A stretch of DNA of 64,000 nucleotides. It comes from Paragordius varius. Lineage: Eukaryota; Animalia; Nematomorpha. Every line of letters begins with the position of its first letter. The stretch's first letter is position 1. Positions 1 to 11,510 of this stretch are shown one piece after another. The notes beneath the pieces were generated by a model that did not search any database, was not told the DNA's origin, and saw only the letters and a list, made by a program, of their open reading frames with translations. Both the position numbers and the translations under genes were made by a program. The stretch spans positions 9,796,001-9,860,000 of the forward strand of contig OZ176050.1 in assembly GCA_964247055.1 (NCBI GenBank), given 5' to 3'.

Positions 1-233
1 ATTTTGCATGTAATGCAAATCCTATCCAAATTACCATCAAAATACTCATATTTTGAACTATATATACTCATACATATTTTTATATATTTTTGGTATTGAA
101 AATTTAATATATATATTATTATATCATTGCATAGATAATTATATATGTACACCTATTTTAATATATATGATGTCTATTTATTAATTAAAAAAGAGTTAAA
201 ATAAATGTATTAATGTTGTAAAATATCTCAATA

Positions 234-234
<1 letters not shown>

Positions 235-302
<68 letters not shown>
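235..302. repeat. (TA)n microsatellite, about 34 units
   Basis: Seen directly: uninterrupted TA run. Shorter (TA)n tracts also occur near 4345, 22050, 26400, 35090, 38130 and 50010. Confidence 0.97.
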
Positions 303-307
<5 letters not shown>

Positions 308-522
308 ATTTTATTGATTGTAAGCGGTGATATACATAATAGGGTTTTTTAAAATAAATTATTGCATATTTATATCCTGAGTGTTTTTTAGCGTGATAAT
401 TTTTTTGCAAATCACATGTAATGTAATATATTTTTAAAACAATAGACTAATCAAATTTTGCTTATAATGATAATAATTTACAATATACATTGCTAGAATA
501 TATGGCCTATTGTAGCCTTAAA

Positions 523-3500
523 TTAATCTAAACGAATCATTTCGCGTATTAGATTGGCTAAATCCTTTCCGCCTTTATCAGCGATTTCCAGGACATACTC
601 ATGACAAATTTTATCTTTTTCGGGGTCGGTGTAATTGTCATAATTTACGAGAGTTGTGATTAGACTTAATGCGCAAACTCGGATATCACAATGTCGAGCT
701 GTTATAACCTCCGGAATAGTGCTCATTCCTAAAAATACACATGAATGGTTAAATATACAATAAAGAGCATTATATCACGAAAGCAATTGCTTACAGCCAT
801 CGATGAAATCGAGGAACCGTATCGTTTGTAATTTTTTTAAAAAAGAACTACTTTATTATTTATTATTTTGATCATTGAATTTAAAATATTTTTTCTATTT
901 GATAAAATGGTAAAATAAAACCGGGCTGGTTCTTAGGAGCGGCACAATTCCCACCTATTAACACCGGTTTCTGCTCAAATATTTGGGAATCTACAGCGCA
1001 GAATTTAAAATCCTGATTTTTTTGATGAATTAATATATGTATACCAACAGCATCTCCTCCCATTCTGTGTACAGCCTTGCTTTCAGCCTTTGTTTCATAG
1101 CTTGGCCCAACCAGCATGAAATAAATGCCCTCTTTAACATGATTCTTTATATTTAATTCTTGGGCAATTTGTAGGCATCGATTTCGGAGTTCGAGATCAT
1201 AGGCGTTGTTTAAATCGGGAAATCGAGTGCCCCACCTGGAAGATATAATCCAAATTAGTCAGAAGAATCATTGTTTTAAATACAATTATAGTAAAATATG
1301 TAAAGCCGACCAACTATAGTAAAATATGTAAAATCGACATGACGTTATAAGCATTTAAACAATTATTAAGATAACTTTATTAATATTATATAGAATAAAA
1401 ATATTTTCTTTAATACGTATAATTGCGGTTCCTACTCGCTAATCCATATATTAAGGAGTAACCCCTTTGTGGTTAATTTTTAATCATTATGATATAAAAA
1501 AAATTTAATTAGAATAATTCAAACAAATTATAAACCCCATAATGTAATAAATAAGGCTATATATACCAGGTGTAACCATAAGTTATTACCGGTTTAACTA
1601 AGAAGAGACGACAGCGAAAAATATGCAGACGATTAATTTGGTACATACCCGATTTTTTGTTTATCTGACATTACGCGAAAAACACACACAAGGTGAGTTC
1701 GCAAAATCTAGCGTCTATATTCTATCATTCAGTAATTACGAAAAAAAAATTTGCTGCAGCCATTGCCATTAGAAGAAAGAGACTGTTGTATCGGTTGCTG
1801 GCAGAACACATATGAAACATGGTCTCTAAATATCAAAAGTTGTGATTTTATTGGAAAGAGAGTGGGCGCTAGGGTAAACCACACAAATGCGAAGACGACC
1901 AATAAGAGTTATACAATTATGGTACAACAAACGATTAGGGTACAACAAACGATTAGCAGAAGATTTCATGTTTCATAAAAATCAATCAGTTAAAGTCCAT
2001 GAACTGTGGAAATGAGCAATAAACTCGGTAAAGGAGCCCCTCGCAATTTAAATTGTTAAATTTAAAATCGCAAAGTGCTTGTATAACTTGCTTCTAAGTC
2101 ACGAAAGATCATTTTTGCATCGAATAACGGGTGGTAGGCAGTGGTTATATTTTGCAACTCCAAAACGAAAAAAAGCAAGGCTTTCACCTTTATCGCTTTG
2201 TCTAGCGGATCCTGAGTCTTGTGGGAATAGAGTGGTATTGTTAATAAGCTGAAACCCGATGAAACCCATAATGCACAGCACTATCGCCAACAAATGATTA
2301 ATTTACACAATAATCGAAAAACGGCCGGAGGCCAGAAGACATGTCAAAGTGATTTTGCTACATGACAAGCTCCGTGTCTCACAGCAAAACTAGTAAAGAA
2401 ACCTTGAAATCGTTTCGATGAGAAATTCTTTCGTACCCGCTGAACTCTCCGGACCAAGCGTTATCTGCTTAAGACATCTTTTTACAAATGAGGTCCACCC
2501 TCGCAGAGCAACGTTAATAATTTCGAAGAAGAAAATCAGTTTTTGAGGCATGGCAACTATTTACTACCTAAGATATGGGCGAAATGTATAGAATCCGATG
2601 GACAGTAAAAATATCGATGATAATTTTCCTTTCCAAATTACATGTTTTTTATCAAAAAACCGGTAAAAACTATGAATACACCTGCCAGTATACCCCCTAT
2701 AATGAGCTCATGACGAGCTTTTTTAATAAGCAACACCTATAGACTAATTAGCTCATAATTTTGGATAAATATGATATAATTTTGTACAGGTTTTTAAGAA
2801 AATACCAAAACCAAAAGCACCATAAAAAACTTGACACATTACTGAGTAATTAGAACAAAAAGTATTAAATTAATAGTTCGTTTTTTTATTTAAATAATTA
2901 CCTTGGATCATTAGCCCCAATTAAAGGGTTTTGTCCAGTAAAATTTATATGATCTTTAAGGACCATTATATCTCCGTCTGCGAAATCTATTGGGTTGACA
3001 CCGCCTGAAACATTGGTTATGAAAATGGTATGAACACCGAGTAGTTTCATGATTCGAACTGGCATAACTATCTATAAATTTACAATATTCAGATTAAAAC
3101 AATATGAATATCTTAAAAATATTTAGTAACAATTTTGTAATGTTAGACAACAGATACGTATCTGCAGAATTATTGCAATATTTTAAATATTCTTGTCAAA
3201 ATCTGTTATCGCTAGAATTTGAATGTTAATATTATAGTGAAATGAACTTTTTGATGATGATAAATATAAATTCGTCAAACAAAGACAATGATAAATGGGC
3301 ATAAATCAAATAAATTTTCACCGCTCCAATTTAATGTTAATAAGGCTTACTTGTGCTTTTTAGTTAAAAACTATTTGCTTATATGCTTATTACAAAAGTG
3401 CTCAATGTTGTATATTTTTTAATCGGCATTGATTACCCGTAAAACTCTACAAAATCACCTTTTCAAATAATATGTAAAAATTCTTTCCACATTTCTGATA

Positions 3501-4339
3501 TTAATCGGTTGTTTTATATACTCGTTTTAAACTGTTAAAACAAATCTAATTTTTAATTTTTGGTATGACTTAATTGATATAAAAAATGTATTTTAGAGGA
3601 CCCTTTTAAACAATTAAACCATGTGGCCGATTTAATTTTTTTGACAATAAAATAAAACAAATATATATATTCCCATATTGAGAAAACGTATTATATTCGT
3701 TTAACTTTTATAAATCATTTTTTATACAAAATTTTAAAAACTCTCAATTATTGAAATAGTATACCGATCAGTTTTTAATATGGGTCGTTTTAAACAAATA
3801 TTTTTTATTCAAAACTTAATCATAATTCTCATATTATTGTTTAACCGTACTCCCTTGACAATTATATAGATACCTATTTGCCCTAACAATATTTATATGA
3901 CTGATAAAAATAATAATTAAATCAAATGAATGGAATTAATATAAACCAAGTTATAACTAAGACTTACAACGTCGTCTGCGCTTATTTTCATATATCAAGG
4001 TAATACTAATAAAAATTTTATGGGTATGTATTGATTTTTTACTTTATTGATTTTATAAAGAAATGTGTCACGTTAAAATAGGTAATAAAATTGTCTCACC
4101 TTTGACATGGGGTAACCTTCGTAATGATGAAAACGTCCTTGAAAACACACAACCGCTTTTCCAGACACGTTTCCGCATGTTATTTGGTTGGTGTGCCCTT
4201 CAACTTTATATCAATTCAATTTTATACATTTTAATTATTATATGCAAAGTTTTGCTAATTATTTATGAATATAAAATAATATTTTAGAAATAATATGGGA
4301 CAAAATATATTTTTGTTTCTTATAACGATTCCATCGATT

Positions 4340-4375
<36 letters not shown>

Positions 4376-5368
4376 GAATATGAACGATATTGATATTAAA
4401 TCAAATACAATTTTTGTATAATTTCATTTAACATAGAAAATAATGTTATGTTGTTAAAAAGTTAATTAATGATTTTGATTAATTAGGAAAAAATAAAAGG
4501 GTTGGTATACCAAGTTTTACATAAATTCATAATACTACACGAAATTTAATTTAAGGTAATGTTTTCCCCAGTTCAACTAAGAATTTTAATTTTCCAATCC
4601 AAATATGCATTTTATGGTTTTTTATGGGATCTTTTTTAAAAAATTACAAACAAAGCCCCTGTTGCAACTTTATGGCGACAATATTTTTTGGAATTTTTTG
4701 TGAACGCCAAACTGGTATTTACTTTTGATGCTCCCTATATTTTAACAGCACATTTTCGAGTTTTATTGATTTTAATAATCAGTAGTTGGTTTAAAATAAA
4801 TTTGGGTGCTAGACAAATCTTGGACTGCAAATAAACTCGGAAAATTTGAACCTATTTTATCCAATTATGGTAATTGTGTTTGAGAAATTTATAAATACAA
4901 AATCCTGAAACAAAAACTTAAAAATTTATGTTTTTATTTTAAAGGTAAATTGATAATAACATTGAGAACATAATTCAAAATTTTAAAGTTTTAAAAACAC
5001 CATCTATTCACAACGTAGCATACTTAACTTCATCTGTAATTCACAATACCTTCTATCAACCAAAAACACCTAAAAACAAAATTTTAACCATATAAAAAAG
5101 TAATATCACATATCTTACCTTTGCTTTGTGGTAGGCCAGGTATCTGGGAGTATGGAATCGAAACTGAATCACGGACTATGTCAGAAATGGCGTGAAGACC
5201 TGAGCCACAAATAATCCCATAGCTCGGTTTAAAATTCATCCTGGTCGATGATATTTTTTGATCTAAAACGTCTCGAATAATAGTTGCCGCTTTGCATGCC
5301 TCTTCATAAACTTTGTTTGTGTCGCCAGTGCTTTGGGTATCAGTTTTTGAAAAAATTGCATTCAACAT
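523..5368 (-). CDS. PNP: Purine nucleoside phosphorylase (trimeric, mammalian/PNP-I type), 5 coding exons
   Basis: Exons 5119-5368, 4100-4203, 2902-3071, 1045-1235 and 523-728. All introns are GT-AG and phase-compatible (1,0,2,1). The spliced product carries the PNP motifs [49 protein letters not shown] and HEYVL, recognised from knowledge of human PNP. Confidence 0.95.
1566..2685 (+). mobile_element. Decayed Mos1-like (mariner) DNA transposon in a PNP intron (1236-2901)
   Basis: The left end reads TA|CCAGGTGTAACCATAAGTTATTACCGGTT and a degenerate inverted copy lies at about 2658-2685. Frameshifted transposase remnants: [55 protein letters not shown]. An 18-bp tandem duplication sits at 1921-1956. 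Confidence 0.88.
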
Positions 5369-6384
5369 GTTCGGTTAAAAATAATTGAATGAGAGAAATT
5401 TTTTTAATTTATATTTAATTACGATTTTGATATCTTTAAATATGAGCTAATGAGTAATTACTTGTCACATTTGTTTTGTGAAAGTTAATTAATGTGCGGA
5501 TGATTAATATCCAAAATTAATATTAATTACTTTGTTTTTAAGCGAATGTTTTATTACTTTTTTGACATTAATATGTATTAATAGAGCATATCCTTGTTTT
5601 AGCGAAGGAAACGTGACATTAAAGTAGCGGGGAATCAAAAGCATAAATCCTTTTCCTGACACATGAAGAGAGTTTATTGAAAAAGTTTTTAAAATTTTAT
5701 TAAAAAAATTTGTTTTAATAGAATTAGATTTTATATCCTACCATCATTTATCATTTAGTTTAAATGTTGGAGAAAATAATTGGTTTATATTAGTCAATTA
5801 TTGTTAATTAAAATGTTGGAAGAGATTGAAAAGAAACACCTTTGTTACAATGTCTAATTATAAGTTTCTATTTAATTGGAAAATTTACACCTGTTGTGGC
5901 AGAAAATAAAGATTTTTTGTCAATCCTTCCATTTCTATTTGTTGCTTTTTAATAATTAAAGGCCATATAATCCCGATTTTACACATTTAACAAAAAATAA
6001 TTTATGAATATTAATTAAATTGAAAAAGGTTAATTATATTCGTGAGCATCATTTTTATTATTATTATTATTAACATTAATAATTTTTGAAATATTTTAGT
6101 GCATGATTATGGTATGTATGCATATATAAAATATATATTATTGTTTTTGTAAGAAAATATTCTGTATGTTTAATAAAATTTAGATTTTGGCTTTGAAGCA
6201 AATGAAAATTTTACATGAAAGCGACACGCGTGGTCGATCTATTTTTTGATGCCATGTTGGGTCGCCTTAGCTTGTGTAAAACAGGGGTATCTGTCTGAAG
6301 TTAATTGTGCTTCAAACAATTCGGAAAAGACATTTGATTCATAAAAAATACTTTTTATTTATTTACGAATGTCTCAATTATATT

Positions 6385-7473
6385 TATTTTATTTTATATT
6401 AAATATTGTGCATCGGCTTCTACACATTTCCCCCATCCAAGTAATATTTGAATGCTATGTTAAAAAACTGATTGCCTCGGATAATAATTTAGACCATTTT
6501 CCAACGTCTTCAAAATTATTGGGGTACTGCTCTACCAGGGTGCCCATGTGTGAAGTTGCATTATTAAGTGGTGCCATGTCAGGAGTCAGCATTCGGAAAT
6601 TTTCCCAACGAAACGATTCCATGCCTTCCCCTAATTTTGCTGTGTGAGAGGGAGCATTGTCATGTAACAATATGTTTTATGACCTATTCAGGTCATTTTT
6701 CGATTAGTGTATAATTTTAAATAAGATAGCGTTGTGAATTAACGGTTTCAGTGTGTTTCGAAAAGTTGATAATACATAGTCCTGCCCTACCAGACACACA
6801 GCATGGTCTTCTTACTGATGCGATTTGGCCTTGGTATTACTGGACCGTGGCAAGGTGAGAGACCTGCTTTTTTGAATTTTAAAAAATAAAGCCACTTATC
6901 ATGACCCGTCCCAGGAAATAATTTTTTTCGTGATGTTGAAGCAGGATTTTCGAAGTCGCAATTTTAATTAGTCGTAAATTCAAATTGCATGGGGCCCGAC
7001 CGAGTTTAGTGTTTCCCAGCTCAGAAATGTTTACCGATTGTTTTGTGTTAGATGCAGCCCTACTGCCCATGCTGTTGAATTTTAATTAATAAGTTATCAT
7101 CCAATAACTCTTGTACCTCATCTGTTGCGTGGTTCACAAGAGCGCTTATTCACTTTTACATTGAAATCACAACCTTAAAATTTTTGAAACCATGTTTCGG
7201 ATGTTTAAATCGATGGACCATTTTCACCATATGTTTCTGTTAGCAAACGTTGACTTTAAAAACCTTTTTCTTTAGATATGATAGAACCAATGCGTGCCCA
7301 AATGTGCTTGACATGATAACTTAAAGATAAAAATAGACGCTACCTGGCGAAATAAAATTGTGTGCGTTAATAGTTTATTGTCAGATAAAAAAAGTGGGTG
7401 TATATAAAATTAATGGTCTGCATACTTTAACTGACGCTTCTCTTAGTTGGTAAGGAGTTATGACTACACCTGG
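6385..7473 (-). mobile_element. Second decayed Mos1-like mariner, same family as 1566-2685
   Basis: The minus-strand 5' end reads CCAGGTGTAGTCATAAC, flanked by TA at 7474-7475, and its leader aligns with copy 1. Transposase remnants: LGNTKLGR, LLQHHEKNYFLGR, LHDNAPSHTAK, TPDMAP, WGKCVEAD. The 3' TIR was not found, so the left boundary is approximate. Confidence 0.85.
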
Positions 7474-10400
7474 TAAATTATATCCAATATGCACTGACGA
7501 GATTTTTACATTTGGTTGGTTATTAAAATTCCTAACAAGATTTTTTGTTAATGAACGTGTCATTACTGTTAAAAGACTATTTAGTGGACATACTTCAAAG
7601 CGGTTATAGACTTAAAACGTGCTAGCCAACGACCTTTTTGTAAAAATACATTATTTAAGAGTTGATATAAAACCATTTATAATTTAAAAAGATATGCTCA
7701 AAACAGGGGAATCGAGTAGAATATGATTAAGGTGAAATATCTATTTCGAACTTAACAACAGCTAATTTAAGGACAAAAATGTGAGATATTATTGATTGCA
7801 AAAGATGAATAAAAAGAATAATAAAAATAATATATTAAACATGTATAATTTTGACACCCCAACTATCAAAGTACTGCGTTGTTATATATTTTCACAATTC
7901 CATGGCTATTGTTATGTTACAGTACAATTTATGTATTGAGTCTGAAATCGAAAATAAAAATACCCAAATGAACAAAAAATGACTTTTAGCATGATAAATA
8001 AATTGGTCATTAAAGCCACTGTATTCACGGTAGCATCAAGATATATCCATGTTAAGACTCTCTTCAAATGTCGTGAAATACTTGATTGGATCATATTATA
8101 ATTTAAATCGACATTCTTTATTATGATTATTTCATTTAAATAAGGACCTTTATAATGGCGAGTTCCTTGTTGTTACCTTATTGTACTAGGTTTTTCATTA
8201 TACTGCCAATGTTCTATTTACGACTAATCTTAATATTTAATTACCGTTAGCAAATAGGTCGTTTTTCGTACCCCTGTTAAATCTCAGATAAAGATAGCGG
8301 CCATCGATTAATCTATTACTACCCTCATTAAAATTGGGTCAATCTTGGATAAGTTTTTATATAGATGATTGCTGAGGTTTATCATAACGTTTCGCTATAT
8401 ACTCCTGGATAAATAAAGGTTGATTTAGTTAAATATATTTTCTTCCTTTTAATGATATGGTCATTACTTTTTAACAGAAATCATAATTAGACAAGTAAAC
8501 AAAAAATTAAATAAACGTTGTTTTGTCTTAACAGAATCCCCAAAAATATTACAAAAAGCGGTCACGCATTACAAAGATTCAACATGTGGCGCAACATATA
8601 TGCCCAAGTAATCTATTGACCGATTCAACAATGAACTCCATTATTATTGAAGAAAGACATGATCTCTATTAATTTAAATACTCTTGTGGTGGTACCTACT
8701 TGGGAGAAATATGACCTATTAGTCTGTGACAAAAAAACACGTTCAATGCATCCATTTTAGGAAATCTAACCTGATTTGCTTAACCCATTTGTTCGTATGG
8801 AAAACTTTGATAAAAGTGAAGTCATGGGTGGAAATGTTTGGATGATCTCAAAGATTATAATACAAAAACTCTCAAAGTGAAGATGCAATGGTTCATTAAG
8901 AAGAAATTATTTAAATTCAGCAACGAAGAATTTATTTTAAACATAAATTTTTGATCACTACTAGTAATCTTTTTTAAATGTAAAAAAATAAAACAAAAAA
9001 TAAAAAATAATCCCAGTTGAAATTATAATTTTAATTTAATTAAAATTTACACCACATTGTTACCAAATTTATATCTTTCAATTGCGAATTAACATTTATA
9101 TTCATAAATTAAAGGATTTAAAACTGTTTTTATAACCAGTTGTACATGGATTGGAAACGAAACCGTTATACCAACCTGAATTACGGTTCCATGATGTGTT
9201 TTTTATAATTTTGCATTTTCAATGAATTTTAATTTTCTTTATAATTGTTATATATTGAATTTGAATTTTAATATCCTACCTATTTAGGTTTGATAAGCCA
9301 ATTATAATGTTGCGAGATATATGTTTATACTTTTTTAATCATAGTGTACCAAATTAATTATACTATCTGTAACACAAAAAAATCGAATTCTTGAATCATA
9401 AAATAGGACAATGGAAACCAAACCGAATTCGGGGCACCAAAAATTTTGACTGAATCGAAACCGGCGTTTGTTAAAAATATATGCACAGCCGGAACCAAAA
9501 TTGGTATGAACTAATCATATAATTACGAATAATAATTGTGGCAATTTTATTATAATATTTGGATTTTACAACCCTTTATTACAATCATTAATGTAACCAA
9601 TAACCAACATTATTAGTATCATGTTAGATTTTATTAAAACCCACACGCTGGTCCCATCGCCCCATATCCCAATTCAACAATTTTTTTAATTGACTAATTC
9701 CATTTATTTATTGTATAATAAAACACCATATGAAAATAAATTTAGACTTTTGTGGGGATACCCTTAATCGAATGTTTGTGATATGGACTTCGATAATCTA
9801 GCAATCCATTATAAGGGTGATTAAGAGAAGGTTGTTTTTCTTGAAACTTTTGAAAACTTTGATAGATTCCTTGTGAGGTAGATGCATAATTAGAATCCAT
9901 TAAAGCCTGAATCTCTACCATATTACCTTTCTGTTTTTCATACACGTTCGCGACGAGCGGTTGAGTTGAAATATATTTAACACACGTTTTATCTTCTAGT
10001 GGATGAAACCTTAATTTATCAATTTATGAACGATTGTTAAATTTAAAGAGATGGGTACATACATAGATAGATTGTGTTGAAAAATTATGGTCAGAATTGA
10101 ATTTTTAACTCACATTCTGCAAATGATTTAATTTAATGCGCTTAACTTTTCAAATATAGCTTGTTTTGATACGATGTGCAAATTAAACACTTTTAAGTAT
10201 TAGGGCTATATATTATTAATTATAACGCAGAGGTGTAATTATATTATTTTCTATATTAAAATTATTTTAACTAAATCTTCCTTAAAACTAAAATATAATC
10301 TACAATTAAAGAGAATTGATTCTAATATAAAATGGATATTTATTAATAATATATGTTTAAATAGTTTTGTGTCTGTGACATCCTTTCGGAATTCGTATCC

Positions 10401-11183
10401 CAAATATTATCATAATATACGGTTGAACGTCATTTTGTGAATAAACAGGACGGCACAAAAAATAATATGTGAAGACAAAATTATTCAATTAAATAAGGAT
10501 CGTTAAAAACATTGTTCGGCATAAAAATGCCAAAAAAAATTTGCAAAAAAACGCGCAAATTATTTCCCAATAAACATGTGTGATATTATCAAAAACTATT
10601 TGATATTTATCAAAGTTTTAGTAAAGTTGCAAGTTGCATAATTAAATAACTTGTAAGATTTATAAAGGGACTGGAACGGTTTTGTTACTTCTTTTACAGA
10701 ATTTGATTCGATATCTGCAATTGTGCCATACTTAATTAACAATAAAATTAAAATCGGTTTGCAATGAATAGTTTGTCTAATTTGACATTCTCAGCAATAA
10801 CTACGATAAACAATGTAACATACACAACACTATATAACCTGTATCATTATTTTCATCTTTAATATCAATTCTAACGTATCCATTCTGGTTGTATATTAAT
10901 GAATAAAGCTATATTGCTTTAAACCAGGGCTTGGAACCGGAACCGGGTCGGTTCCTGAACAAGTGGAGAACCGCGTTGGTTCTCAAAAATTAAAAAAAGA
11001 ACCGGGCGGTTCCTGAAATTTTGGAACCGAAACCGGGGTGGTTCCTAAACAAATGGAACCAGAACTGCGTTGGTTCCTTAAAATTTATCGGTTCCGGAAT
11101 CGGTTCTTGACATTTAAAACCAGTCCATTTTCGGTTCCTGACTTTTTATTAAATGATTTTCTTACAAAATTATTATAATAAAA

Positions 11184-11488
11184 TGTTAAAAGGGTTATCA
11201 TCATACGCAAATTATCCTTCTCTTTTTTAGGCATAATACACTTTGGTCCTTGTTACGTTAAAAATATATATTACCTTGGTTGTGAATGCAAATTATTTTA
11301 TTTATACTTATTATCTTTAACAACGTTTAAACCACACAACTTTATCCTTGTGAATGCAATAACCAAATTTCCTAATGTATATAAGGAATCATTGTAACAC
11401 ACAGAACACATTATATTATATTATTCAGTTTTGATGTTATACTAAATAAATAAATATATCCTTTATAATTTATATTAACTATTTGTCA
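11184..11488 (+). repeat. 5' LTR
   Basis: TGTTAAAAGGG...TATTTGTCA, a direct repeat of 15506-15810. It contains a TATA-like TATATAAG and AATAAA. Confidence 0.96.
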
Positions 11489-11490
11489 AC

Positions 11491-11506
11491 TGGCGCGGCT
11501 ATTCGA
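11491..11506 (+). promoter_or_regulatory. Primer-binding site
   Basis: TGGCGCGGCTATTCGA starts 2 nt after the 5' LTR, and TGG is complementary to tRNA CCA. The primer tRNA was not identified. Confidence 0.75.
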
Positions 11507-11510
11507 GGCT

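Noticed and set aside
228-410. 60-aa ORF ending in YIYIYI repeats
   Set aside because: It is a translation of the (TA)n microsatellite.
4640-4740. AG-preceded open stretch considered as PNP exon 2
   Set aside because: It has no PNP similarity in any frame, and the true exon 2 (4100-4203) fits phase and motifs.
8480-8900. Possible third Tc1/mariner remnant
   Set aside because: Only vague motif-like fragments are present, with no TIR or clear DD(E/D) block.
10925-11150. Clustered GGAACC/GGTTCC repeats with spacers, superficially CRISPR-like; similar clusters near 9150-9500, 38700-39080 and 57710-57770
   Set aside because: The units are short, irregular and in both orientations next to a hAT TIR, so they are subterminal transposon motifs in a eukaryotic context.
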